Below, piece by piece: positions 18,628 through 27,272 of a DNA stretch of 64,000 bases (positions are counted from its first letter, which is position 1; each line of letters begins with the position of its first letter). The translations under genes were made by a program, and so were the position numbers. Below the pieces are notes generated by a model that worked only from the letters and a program-made list of their open reading frames with translations, did no database searches and had not been told where the DNA came from. Source of the stretch: an uncultured Acidobacteriota bacterium (lineage in GTDB: Bacteria > Acidobacteriota > Thermoanaerobaculia > UBA5066 > Gp7-AA6); contig CAWGSA010000001.1 in the NCBI GenBank assembly GCA_963825175.1, positions 50,576 through 114,575 of the forward strand, given 5' to 3'.

Positions 18628-19620
18628 TCACGATCGGCCCGCGCAGGCGACGCAGGGAATCTTCGGCGGCACGGTCTGCGTGAGGTTGAGGCGCCGCAAG
18701 CGTTCCCTCCGCGCCGAAAAACAGGACGGGCAACGACGGAGCCGTTCCAGCTCCCACAGATCGATGAAGACCCGGCCCCGCGCCAGGGCCACTCCGAACG
18801 CCGCGACTTCCTCCAGAGCCGAGAGCGTCGGTTCGACGAACTCGCCCCGGTCCTTGAGATCGTCCAACGCTCCGTTGCCCGAGCGGGTCGCGATGACCGA
18901 AACGGCGGTGGCGCCGGCGTCGAACGCGACCTCGACCGAGCGGCAGGCCCAGAGGAGCGACTCCTCCGCCGGCAGGAACGGCAGACCGAGCAGAACGAAG
19001 ACACGCAGCGCGATCCCGTCGCCGCGCAGCCGATCGGCCGCGCGCCGGAAATCGTCGACCGTCATCCTCTTGTTCAGCTTCGGAAGCACATCCGGGTGCG
19101 CCGTTTCCAATCCCATGGCCACCTCGAGGTCGCCCTCGAGAAGTTCGCGCCAGTGCCGGCAGGCGTCGCCGACGAGGGCGGGGTGAGACTCGACGATCAC
19201 CCGCTCGAAGCCGGCGAGCGCCGCGGCGATCCCCGGAAGGTCGGCGGTCGGAATCGCCTTCGGATCGAAGAAACTTCCCGCGTTGTAGAGCTTCACACGT
19301 CGGGGGCGGGGGCACGGGAGCGCGTCGAGCGCCGCCCGCACCTGCGACGCGATGGCTCCCGGAGAGACGCTGCCGTCGGTCGTGCTCTTCCAGAGATCGC
19401 ACATCAGACATCGCCACGGACACTCGCGGTTGGCCAGAAAGAGAGTGGCCACCGCGGCCACGTCGCCGCGCTCGGTTCGCTCCTCTTCCACCAGCTCGGA
19501 CACCACGCGGCCCGGGTCCACGAAACGGCGCGGCCCCCGCCGCTCCAGGATCCAGAGATCCCGATCCACCGGCCGCTCGGGATACGCCGGGCCCGTCTGG
19601 CTACTGGTAGAGAGAAGCAA
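18628..19620 (-). CDS. Radical SAM enzyme (about 330 aa, no B12 or SPASM domain evident)
   Basis: TTG 19620 overlaps the end of the upstream gene by 20 nt. Motifs LFLANRECPWRCLMCDLW (Cx3Cx2C), KLYNAGSFFDP and VAMGLETAHPDVLPKLNKRMT. The C-terminus has CPSC...CVAC pairs. Confidence 0.8.
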   Translation of the reverse strand: MLLSTSSQTGPAYPERPVDRDLWILERRGPRRFVDPGRVVSELVEEERTERGDVAAVATLFLANRECPWRCLMCDLWKSTTDGSVSPGAIASQVRAALDALPCPRPRRVKLYNAGSFFDPKAIPTADLPGIAAALAGFERVIVESHPALVGDACRHWRELLEGDLEVAMGLETAHPDVLPKLNKRMTVDDFRRAADRLRGDGIALRVFVLLGLPFLPAEESLLWACRSVEVAFDAGATAVSVIATRSGNGALDDLKDRGEFVEPTLSALEEVAAFGVALARGRVFIDLWELERLRRCPSCFSARRERLRRLNLTQTVPPKIPCVACAGRS

Positions 19621-20926
19621 GGTGCGCCCGGTAATCGGCCTCGGTGAGGGAGAGCCGGCTCTGCTCGCGCGACGCCAGCGCTCCGTGCTGGAAGCGCCGC
19701 TTCGGAAAAACCGGCATCGGGAGGCCCGTGATCTGGCGGATGCCGCGCGCGACGACCTCCCCCTTCAGAGCGTACAGGCGCTCGACGCTCCACCCGGTGA
19801 GCTCGATGAAAGGAATTCCCTCCGCCGCGGAGATCACGGAGGGGCGCGTGAAGGGGCTGAATCCCTCGAACCCGTAGCAGCGCAAGGGAGCATAGGTCCT
19901 CGCGTACGAACGGCTCTGCCCCCCCGAATAGGTGCGGGAGTGCTTGAACGTTCCGACACCCCACCCCTCCTGGTACAGCAGAGAGTTGTTCAGGACGCTG
20001 CGGATCGTGAGCTCGGGGTTCTCCTCGATCGGGTAGTCCTTCAGGTTCTCGTCCCCGCCGTCTCCGTCGGCGAGGTATTTCCAATTCGGATAGCGCTCGC
20101 GCACGCCGCGGCACAGAGCCAGAGCCATAGACGCCGACTGGACGTCGAGGGGCTTGTAGTCCTCAATGACCCTCGCGGCTGCGAGCGGGTCCGCCGCCTC
20201 CGGAGGCATCTCCACCGGCTCCAGGAACAGCTCGAGATCGAGGGCGCGGAGGAAGGCGCGGGCCTGCGCGAGATCCTCTCCTCCGCCCAGCGAGAGGGTG
20301 AACGCCTTGAGCCGGGCGGGATCGTGTCCGCGATCGGCTAACAATTTATAGATTGTGAGGAAGACCGCCCCGCTGTCCACGCCGCCGGAGAAGGACACGC
20401 CGATCGGGGCGCCGGCGGGAAGGCGGCCGAGCCACTTGTCGATCTCCCCCGCCAGCGCGCCCACGTAGCGCCGCCCCAGCGCGTCGAGATCCCCTTCGAA
20501 GACGCCCCGCTCGGGAGCGAAGAAGCGCACGTGGCGAGCGTCGGGATCGGGGCAGCCGACCAGACGGATCTCGACAACGTGGTGCGCCGGCACCATCCGG
20601 GTGTAGCTCGGATGAAACTGGGCGCCCATCCCGCGCTCCACGAGGAAGTCGCGGATCGCGTCGATGCGGTCGGACACGATCAGGGCGGGGCCTTCGGCGC
20701 GCTTGGCCAGGAAATACCGCATGGGTCGGTCCAGCGACCGGGCCATCCGGACGGTCTGCCCATCCCGCCCGACACCCACCAGCGCGAAGGAGCCGTCGAT
20801 CCCCGCGACGGCGTCCGGCGATCCGCCCGCCACGCGGCCGCGGGCTTCCTCCAGGCTCATCGCGGTCAGCCGGTTGACCTCCGGATCAATCAGGTCGACG
20901 ACGCTCTCGATCGGGCGCTCGATCAT
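19601..20926 (-). CDS. Asparagine synthetase B-family ATP-pyrophosphatase lacking the N-terminal catalytic Cys (beta-lactam-synthetase-like architecture)
   Basis: ATG 20926 behind GGGAGG (the track uses GTG 20929). PP-loop VSFSGGVDSGAV and an AsnB-like GDGGDENLKDY motif. There is a remnant Ntn-domain segment (GIDGSFALVGV..RMARSLDRPMRYF). The protein begins MIERP.., so there is no Cys2 nucleophile. Confidence 0.75.
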   Translation of the reverse strand: MIERPIESVVDLIDPEVNRLTAMSLEEARGRVAGGSPDAVAGIDGSFALVGVGRDGQTVRMARSLDRPMRYFLAKRAEGPALIVSDRIDAIRDFLVERGMGAQFHPSYTRMVPAHHVVEIRLVGCPDPDARHVRFFAPERGVFEGDLDALGRRYVGALAGEIDKWLGRLPAGAPIGVSFSGGVDSGAVFLTIYKLLADRGHDPARLKAFTLSLGGGEDLAQARAFLRALDLELFLEPVEMPPEAADPLAAARVIEDYKPLDVQSASMALALCRGVRERYPNWKYLADGDGGDENLKDYPIEENPELTIRSVLNNSLLYQEGWGVGTFKHSRTYSGGQSRSYARTYAPLRCYGFEGFSPFTRPSVISAAEGIPFIELTGWSVERLYALKGEVVARGIRQITGLPMPVFPKRRFQHGALASREQSRLSLTEADYRAHLASLYQ

Positions 20927-21002
20927 CACAGCCTCCCTCGGCTTGCCATGATCTTATTTCGAGGCGCTCTCGCGCGCTGCGGCGCCGGGCCAGGGGCGCC
21001 GT

Positions 21003-21452
21003 CTATTTCCGCTTGCGCGTCGCGGCGGCCTTCCGGGCCGACCGAGACCGGGCCGCCTTCGATCGCTTCGCCGCGGCGCCCCGGGCCTGCCTCGAGAGGG
21101 CTTTCTTCGAAGCCGCGCCGCGGCCCTCGCGCTTGAGCGCGGCGCGGACCGCCCGCGAGCGGGTCGGAGACGGCCGCCGTCCCGAGGCGGACTCGCCCTT
21201 GCGCGTGTCCCGGGCCGCCTGGCGCCGGGTCCGCGCCGAGGTCGTCCCCTTCTTGGGCGGCGGAAGCTTCACGCCGGCGCGGCGCGCCTTGGACAGGCCG
21301 ATGGCGATGGCCTGCGTGGTCGATTCGGCGCCGTGCTTGCCCTCCCGGATGTGTTCGATTTCCTCGTGGACGAACTCGCCGGCTTGGGTGCTCGGCGATT
21401 TGCCTTCTTCCTTGTCCTTCTCCGCGCGCTCCAGCGTCTCTTTGTCCGGCAT
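21003..21452 (-). CDS. Small DUF6496-like protein with a Lys/Arg/Ala-rich histone-H1-like tail
   Basis: Track ORF trimmed to ATG 21452, behind AAAGGAGA. Begins MPDKETLERAEKDKEEGKSPSTQAGEFVHEEIEHIREGKHGAESTTQAIAIGLSKARRAGVKLPPPKKG. About 80 aa of basic low-complexity sequence follow (..AAKRSKAARSRSARKAAATRKRK). Confidence 0.7.
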   Translation of the reverse strand: MPDKETLERAEKDKEEGKSPSTQAGEFVHEEIEHIREGKHGAESTTQAIAIGLSKARRAGVKLPPPKKGTTSARTRRQAARDTRKGESASGRRPSPTRSRAVRAALKREGRGAASKKALSRQARGAAAKRSKAARSRSARKAAATRKRK

Positions 21453-21532
21453 GGGATCTCCTTTGGTCGGGGACGTCCCCCATGGATGTCCTCCGTGAAT
21501 CGGAAGGAGCAAGAGCGATGCCTCCGTCACAA

Positions 21533-21567
21533 GAGACTGAGGACCGGGGACTGAGGACTGAGGACTC
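21533..21567. repeat. Heptamer array (RGGACYG)x5, read as CAGTCCT on the minus strand, downstream of nagB
   Basis: gagactg aggaccg gggactg aggactg aggactc, read directly. Confidence 0.9.
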
Positions 21568-21615
21568 GAGACGCTCGGGCCACAGTGCCGCTTCCAGGAC
21601 GCAGCGAGAGAACGC

Positions 21616-22365
21616 TCAGAGCAGCCTGGCCGCGGCCTCGTCCGCGATCACCGCCAATCGCGGGTGCAGGGACAGGAAGGACGCCGGGAGACGCGGGGTG
21701 ACGGGGCCGCGCAAAGCGGCGAAGAGCGGGCGCGATTTTTCCGCCCCCGTGGCCACCAGAAGGATCGCACGGGCCGAGAGGACGATCTCGATCCCCATGG
21801 TCAGGGCCCCCCGCGGGACCGGCCGCACGCCGTCCTCGGCGAGCTGCGACCGCGTCGCCGCGGAGAGGCGCACGGGAGCCGTTCGCGGGGGCAGAGCGCG
21901 GCCCGGCTCGAGATAGGCGACGTGTCCGTTCACGCCGATTCCCACGAGCGCGAGGTCGGCCGGGCCGGCTCGCTCGAGCTCCCGCTCGAAACGCCGGCAC
22001 TCCGCCTCCGAATCCGCGGCGTCGCCGCGCAAAAAGTGGATACGAGCCGGATCGAGTCTCACCTTCGAGAAGAGATGGCGCTCCATGAACGAACGAAAGC
22101 TCCGCGGATCCTCCGGAGGAACCGACACCTCATCGAGATTCCAGGTCGCACATCGGCCGAAGGGTGCCTGCCCGCTCCGATGGAGCCTCACGAGCTCCCG
22201 GTACACCGGCACCATGGTGCGGCCAGACGCGAGAATCAGCCGAGAGGCCCCCCGCCGTTTGAGCGTCGCCGCGATGCGCTCCGCCGCCGCCTTCGCGGCT
22301 CGCCGCGGGTCGGGAAGAATCAGGATTTCCGGGGGTCGCGGCGCGGCGCGCGCCTCACGCCTCAC
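21616..22365 (-). CDS. nagB: Glucosamine-6-phosphate deaminase
   Basis: 249 aa with LILASGRTMVPVYREL, DEVSVPPEDPRSFRSFM and LVGIGVNGHVAYLEPG (NagB GxGxDGHxAFNEP-like motif). The GTG start at 22365 lies inside a heptamer array, so the start is uncertain. Confidence 0.85.
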   Translation of the reverse strand: MRREARAAPRPPEILILPDPRRAAKAAAERIAATLKRRGASRLILASGRTMVPVYRELVRLHRSGQAPFGRCATWNLDEVSVPPEDPRSFRSFMERHLFSKVRLDPARIHFLRGDAADSEAECRRFERELERAGPADLALVGIGVNGHVAYLEPGRALPPRTAPVRLSAATRSQLAEDGVRPVPRGALTMGIEIVLSARAILLVATGAEKSRPLFAALRGPVTPRLPASFLSLHPRLAVIADEAAARLL

Positions 22366-22385
22366 GCCTTACGCCTCACGCCCGT
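22351..22385. repeat. Heptamer array (CGCCTCA)x4-5, read as TGAGGCG on the minus strand, directly after the ydjC-like stop
   Basis: cgcctca cgcctca cgcctta cgcctca cgcccgt, read directly. Confidence 0.9.
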
Positions 22386-23141
22386 CTACAGCCGATCGAA
22401 GCCGATCAACTCGATTCCGCGGCGGTCCAGAACCTGCGGAATCTCCGCATCGCACAGAAGCTCGATCTCCCGCGCCCGCTCCTTGGCGTAGGTGCTCGTG
22501 CGCAGGAGCTCGTCGTCGGGATGGCCCGGATGACACATCAGCTCGCTGGTTCCGTCGGGCAGGGCCTCGATGAGCATGTGGAGGTTCTCGCGGGAGGCGC
22601 CGTCGCCGTAGAACGATTCCAGAAACCAGTCCGGCACGCGCAGTCCGTCCGCGCGAAGCTGCTCGCGAGCCCGCGCGCTGGCGGCCCGCACCGGAAGGCC
22701 GCGCTGCCGCGCCACGTCGGCGAACACCGGCTGCACCGCCGGGTGGAGGGCGCAATGGTGATGCGAGTCGAGGTGCGAGGGCGCGCGCCCGGCGATCACT
22801 TCGAAGATCGCGATCTGGGCGGAGATCTCTCGCCGCACCTCGTCGGCCGGCAGCGCCTTGGGAAGCTCTGTGGCGTCCTTGACGAAGCGGCCGCCCGGCG
22901 CGAGCGTCGGCACCGAGGAAGGCGCGGAGGCCGGCGTCCCGCCCCCGGTCAGCACGACGTGAAGCCCGAGCGAGAGGCGAGGGGCCTGCTCGAGGGCCTG
23001 GCGGACTCCCTCGGGCGCGGCCCGCTCCAGGATCATGACGGTGGCCGAGGAAACGATCCCCTTCAAGTGCGCCTCGAGGGTTCCCTCGACGACACCGGGC
23101 GTCCGGCCGAAGTCGTCGGCATTGACGATGAGGCGTTTCAT
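22386..23141 (-). CDS. YdjC/ChbG-family carbohydrate deacetylase
   Basis: 251 aa beginning MKRLIVNADDFGRTPGV (YdjC signature N-terminus), with LGLHVVLT and HLDSHHH. Confidence 0.85.
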   Translation of the reverse strand: MKRLIVNADDFGRTPGVVEGTLEAHLKGIVSSATVMILERAAPEGVRQALEQAPRLSLGLHVVLTGGGTPASAPSSVPTLAPGGRFVKDATELPKALPADEVRREISAQIAIFEVIAGRAPSHLDSHHHCALHPAVQPVFADVARQRGLPVRAASARAREQLRADGLRVPDWFLESFYGDGASRENLHMLIEALPDGTSELMCHPGHPDDELLRTSTYAKERAREIELLCDAEIPQVLDRRGIELIGFDRL

Positions 23142-23154
23142 GACCGCCGACAGT

Positions 23155-24084
23155 CTAACTTCTCCCCGCGTTCCCGGACCCGGCCAGCTCTTCCAGAGCG
23201 AGTTTCACGGCTCCCGTCGCGGCCTCCACGTCCAGACGGCGGACCCGGGCATTCTTCGTCGACAGTCTCCGGGAGACCGCGGATTCCAGCCCGGGGAGCG
23301 CGGAGAAGGTGCCGCCCGCCATCACGACGTCGTAGGCCGAGGGCTCGAGGTCGAGCCGCTCGATCACGGTTCGGGCCGCGAGCACGAGCTCGCCCGCGGC
23401 CGCTTCGAGGATCTTGGCGGCCACGGCGTCTCCGGCCAGAGCGGCCGCCTCGACCTTCGCCGAAAAGATCGCCACCCGGTGGCGGGGATAGTCCGAATCG
23501 TAGACCGCGGAGACCAGACCGTCGACACCCGAGACGCCGAAGTGCGCCAAGAGCGCGGCAGCGAGCGACGTGTCCGGGCCGCGGCCGTCGGCGCCGCGCA
23601 GAACGGCGCGGATCGCCCGCTCGCCGATCCAGAAGCCGGAGCCCTCGTCGCCGACGTGCCAGCCCCATCCGCCCGCGCGCGCCACGTCCCCCCGCGCGTT
23701 GCGCCCCCACGCGATCGATCCGGTTCCGCACACCAGCGCCAGGCCCACCCGCAGCGTCGAGCCGGCGACGAAGGCGATGCGCGCGTCGTTGGTGACCAGA
23801 ACGCGGCGCCGGAAACCGATGCGCCGCAGGACGCCGAGCAGCACTTCCTGGTCCCTGGGCCGGTCGGCCCCGGCGATGCCGAGCGCGACGGCGTCCGGGA
23901 CCACGCCGGCCTGACTCTCCGCGTCCTCGATGACGTTGTGGAGAACCTTCTCCACCTCCAGCTCGCCGTGGGTCTTCAAGTTTGCGCCGCCCCCGCGGGC
24001 CTCCCCCACCACGCGCCCCGTCTCGTCGGCCAGAAGGGCGCGCGTCTTCGTTCCGCCCGCATCGATTCCCAGCACGTGGCGCAT
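23155..24084 (-). CDS. BadF/BadG/BcrA/BcrD-type ATPase, N-acetylglucosamine (or MurNAc) kinase
   Basis: 309 aa with MRHVLGIDAGGTKT, VTNDARIA and GWGWHVGDEGSG. It sits between ampG and the sugar-catabolic genes. Confidence 0.8.
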   Translation of the reverse strand: MRHVLGIDAGGTKTRALLADETGRVVGEARGGGANLKTHGELEVEKVLHNVIEDAESQAGVVPDAVALGIAGADRPRDQEVLLGVLRRIGFRRRVLVTNDARIAFVAGSTLRVGLALVCGTGSIAWGRNARGDVARAGGWGWHVGDEGSGFWIGERAIRAVLRGADGRGPDTSLAAALLAHFGVSGVDGLVSAVYDSDYPRHRVAIFSAKVEAAALAGDAVAAKILEAAAGELVLAARTVIERLDLEPSAYDVVMAGGTFSALPGLESAVSRRLSTKNARVRRLDVEAATGAVKLALEELAGSGNAGRS

Positions 24085-24107
24085 GGCCCAGGATTATGCC
24101 TCCCGCT

Positions 24108-25718
24108 CTACGCTCGGACGCCTCGCCGTGCGGCGATGACGGCACCGGCCGCCACGCCGACGAAAATTCCGAAGATGACGGGGCCCGCCAGGCGGAGCCA
24201 GTCCGCGGCGGTCACGGGCGAACAGAGCCGGGTGACTTCGGCCCAGAGACGGACGCCCGCCCCGGGGTGCGCGCGCGCCGATTTGAGCGCCGCGAGCAGG
24301 GCGGAGGTCGCGGCCGCCGTGAGAAAACCCACGGCTCCAGCGACGAATCCGGATCGCGCCAGGCTCGCCCGGCTGACCGGCTCCCTCCGCGCCTCGTCGC
24401 TCAGCTCGAGATCCGGCTCCCGGACCGACGGAGGCACGAAGCGGTAGAGCAGCATCAGCCCGGGCACCGAGGCAAGAACGCTCACGACGAAGAAGGGCGT
24501 CCACCCGATCGCGTCGACCAGGAAACCGGCCGGCGGACCGACGAGCGTCCGGCCCAGCGCGAAGACGCTCGAAAAGAGCGCGTACTGAGTCGCCGAGAAC
24601 TGCTTCTGCGTCAGGCGCAGGAGCAGCACGCCGAACGCCCCGGTCGCCATTGCCTGACAGGCGTTCTCGATTCCGACTGCCCCATACATGACCAGGCGGT
24701 GGGAGATCGGCTGCGTGTGCGCCGCGAGCGCGGCCGCCCCCGCCAGGCACGGCACGCCCGGCGTCATCCGATCGACCACGACGTAGCCCAGGAACCCGAC
24801 CGCCTGGATGGCGCCGAAGATCCACAGAGCGCGCCCCAGACCGATGCGGTCGGTGGCCCAGCCGCCGACGAACGTGCCGCCGATGATGGCCACCAATCCG
24901 ATCGTGGCCGTGGCCAGACCGACGTCGCCGGGAGAAAAGCACTTTTGAATCAGGAAGGGCCGCGTCAGGGCGGTGGCCAGGTTCTCCCCGAACTTGTAAA
25001 GAAGGAGGAAGGCGACGATCTCGAGCGCCCGCGATTTGCGGAAGATCCCGACCAGGGGCTCGAACACGGCGTCGCGCAGCGTTCGGGGAGCGCCGGCGAC
25101 CGGCGGCGGCTCCGGCGACCAGAGCACGACGCCCATGAGGGGCAGATACAGCAGCGCTAAACCAAAGAAGACGAAACGCCAGCCCAGATGCTCTCCCAGG
25201 GTGATGGCGAGGGCGCCGGACAACAGCGTGGCGCCGCGGTACAGCGCGACGCGGGCGCCGACCGCCGTCCCCATTTCCGATCGCTCGAGCACCTCGACGG
25301 CGTACCCATCGATGGCGATGTCCTGGGAAGCCGAACCGAAGGCGATGAAGATCGAGATCACGGCCACCACTCCGACGACCGGCGCGTCCGCCTCGACGGC
25401 CAGCAGCCCGATGGAGAGCGCGAGGAGCGCCTGGAATACGATCATCCACGACCGCTTGCGGCCCAGAAAGCCGGGGCTCCAGCGATCCATGAGCGGCGCC
25501 CACAGGAACTTGAAGGTCCACGGCGCCTGGGCCAGGGAGAAAAGGCCGACGGTCCGGATGTCGACGCCCCGGTACGTCAACCACGCCGGAAGCGCGATCC
25601 AGATCAGCCCGAGCGGCAGGCCGGAGGCGAAGGACTGCAGTGTGACCGCGCCGAGCCGCCGGGAGGTCAGCGCGCTCCGCAGGCTGGCGAATGTCGATGG
25701 CCGAGCCGATTTCGGCAT
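24108..25718 (-). CDS. ampG: AmpG-family muropeptide MFS permease
   Basis: Collinear with E. coli AmpG: LQSFASGLPLGL, TVGLFSLAQAPWTFKFLWAPLMDRWSPGFLGRKRSW, SASQDIAIDGY, FSATQYALFSS. Start uncertain (ATG 25718, 25748 or 25757). The track start at 25796 is encoded by an octamer repeat and is rejected. Confidence 0.85.
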   Translation of the reverse strand: MPKSARPSTFASLRSALTSRRLGAVTLQSFASGLPLGLIWIALPAWLTYRGVDIRTVGLFSLAQAPWTFKFLWAPLMDRWSPGFLGRKRSWMIVFQALLALSIGLLAVEADAPVVGVVAVISIFIAFGSASQDIAIDGYAVEVLERSEMGTAVGARVALYRGATLLSGALAITLGEHLGWRFVFFGLALLYLPLMGVVLWSPEPPPVAGAPRTLRDAVFEPLVGIFRKSRALEIVAFLLLYKFGENLATALTRPFLIQKCFSPGDVGLATATIGLVAIIGGTFVGGWATDRIGLGRALWIFGAIQAVGFLGYVVVDRMTPGVPCLAGAAALAAHTQPISHRLVMYGAVGIENACQAMATGAFGVLLLRLTQKQFSATQYALFSSVFALGRTLVGPPAGFLVDAIGWTPFFVVSVLASVPGLMLLYRFVPPSVREPDLELSDEARREPVSRASLARSGFVAGAVGFLTAAATSALLAALKSARAHPGAGVRLWAEVTRLCSPVTAADWLRLAGPVIFGIFVGVAAGAVIAARRGVRA

Positions 25719-25763
25719 CTGAGAGACAGTCTGGCTGAGCAACGGCATGGCTGTCATCAAGAA

Positions 25764-25866
25764 TCGGTTCATTGATTCATCGGTCCATCGGTTCATTTGC
25801 CCCGGAGTAGACTCGGCTCAACGAAATCAATCGATGAACCGATGAACCGATGATCCGATGAACCGA
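25764..25866. repeat. Inverted octamer arrays: (TCGGTTCA)x4 at 25764-25795 and (TGAACCGA)x5 at 25827-25866, with a roughly 31-nt spacer
   Basis: Read directly. The arms are reverse complements of each other. They lie in the divergent ampG / M20 promoter gap. Confidence 0.9.
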
Positions 25867-25884
25867 TCGGCCCGGAGGCGCACC

Positions 25885-27186
25885 ATGCTTCGCTATGTTT
25901 CGATCGCCCTGACGATCCTCTTCGCCGCAAGCACGCTGGCCGCTCAAAGCGCGCCGCCGGGCCTGGACTCCCTCTATCCCGACCTGGAGAAGCTCTCCAT
26001 CGACATCCATCAGAACCCCGAGCTCTCCCAGCACGAAGAGAAGACGTCGGCCAAGCTGGCGGATCGGCTGCGGGCGCTGGGATTCCGCGTCACCGACCAC
26101 GTCGGGGGCTTCGGCGTCGTGGGGATCCTGGAGAACGGCAAGGGGCCGACGGTGATGGTGCGCACCGAGCTCGACGCCCTGCCGGTCGAGGAGAAGACGG
26201 GTCTCCCCTACGCCAGCCACGTGACGGCCAGGGACGACACGGGCGCGACCGTGCCGGTGGCGCACGCCTGCGGCCACGACATCCACATGGCGGCCTGGGC
26301 GGGGACTGCGACGCTGCTGTCCAGGTCGAAGGACCGCTGGCGCGGCACCCTGGTCATGATCGCGCAGCCGGACGAGGAGAAGGACAGCGGAGCCCGAAGC
26401 ATGCTGGCCGACGGACTCTTCACGAAGTTCCCCAGGCCCGACTTCGCGATCGCCATCCACGACGACGCCGATATTCCCGCCGGGACGATCGGCTGGATCT
26501 CCGGCTACGCTCTGGCCAATGTCGACTCCGTGGACGTCACGATCTACGGCCGGGGCGGGCATGGAGCCGCGCCGTACCGGACGGTCGACCCCATCGTCAT
26601 CGCCGCGCGCACGGTCGTCGCCCTCCAGACCATCGTCTCCCGCGAGATCAACCCGGTCGACCCGTCGGTCGTGACGGTCGGGTCGATCCACGGGGGCACC
26701 AAGCACAACATCATTCCCGACGAGGTCAAGCTCCAGATCACCGTGCGCTCCTACAAGGACGAAGTGCGCAAGCATCTTCTGGAAGCGATCGCGCGGATCG
26801 CGAAAGGCGAGGCCATGGCTGCGGGAGCGCCCCGAGAGCCGTTGGTCAAGGTCGCCGACGGCGATCCGGCCGTCTACAACGATCCGGCGCTGGTCAAGCG
26901 GCTGACCGAAGTCTTCCGCCGCCAATTCGGCTCCGACCGGGTCGTCGAGATGCCGCCCAAGATGGTCTCCGAGGACTTCTCGGAGTACGGACGGGCCGGC
27001 GTGCCTTCGGCGATCTTCTTCGTCGGAGCAGTCGATCCCGGCAAGCTCGCGGCGGCCAAGGCCGGAGGTCCGCCGATCCCCGGGCTCCATTCCTCGCAGT
27101 GGGCTCCGGAGCGGGAGCCGACGATCAAGGCCGGTGTGACGGCGGAAGTGGCGGCGGTGATGGACCTGTTGAAGAAACCGTCGTGA
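25885..27186 (+). CDS. M20D-family amidohydrolase (aminoacylase/hippurate-hydrolase-like), secreted
   Basis: Start moved to ATG 25885, behind GGAGG (25874-25878). Signal peptide MLRYVSIALTILFAASTLAAQS. Motifs AHACGHDIH, IAQPDEE, YGRGGHGAAP and GSIHGG.KHNIIPD. Confidence 0.85.
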   Translation: MLRYVSIALTILFAASTLAAQSAPPGLDSLYPDLEKLSIDIHQNPELSQHEEKTSAKLADRLRALGFRVTDHVGGFGVVGILENGKGPTVMVRTELDALPVEEKTGLPYASHVTARDDTGATVPVAHACGHDIHMAAWAGTATLLSRSKDRWRGTLVMIAQPDEEKDSGARSMLADGLFTKFPRPDFAIAIHDDADIPAGTIGWISGYALANVDSVDVTIYGRGGHGAAPYRTVDPIVIAARTVVALQTIVSREINPVDPSVVTVGSIHGGTKHNIIPDEVKLQITVRSYKDEVRKHLLEAIARIAKGEAMAAGAPREPLVKVADGDPAVYNDPALVKRLTEVFRRQFGSDRVVEMPPKMVSEDFSEYGRAGVPSAIFFVGAVDPGKLAAAKAGGPPIPGLHSSQWAPEREPTIKAGVTAEVAAVMDLLKKPS

Positions 27187-27211
27187 GGCGTGAGGTGTCA
27201 GGCGTGAGGCG
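27184..27211. repeat. Heptamer array (TGAGGCG)x4 whose first TGA is the M20 stop codon
   Basis: tgaggcg tgaggtg tcaggcg tgaggcg, read directly. Confidence 0.9.
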
Positions 27212-27272
27212 AAGCTCCGGAGACGGCAGAGACCCCTCGTAAGACGGCATCAAATCTGCACTTCTCCGGGCC

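Noticed and set aside
18408-19004. N-terminal 199-aa extension of track ORF 16767..19004 (FAD enzyme)
   Set aside because: The extension is Ser/Arg/Gly junk, runs through the dispersed repeat element and overlaps the radical SAM gene. The Rossmann GxGxxG motif starts right after GTG 18407.
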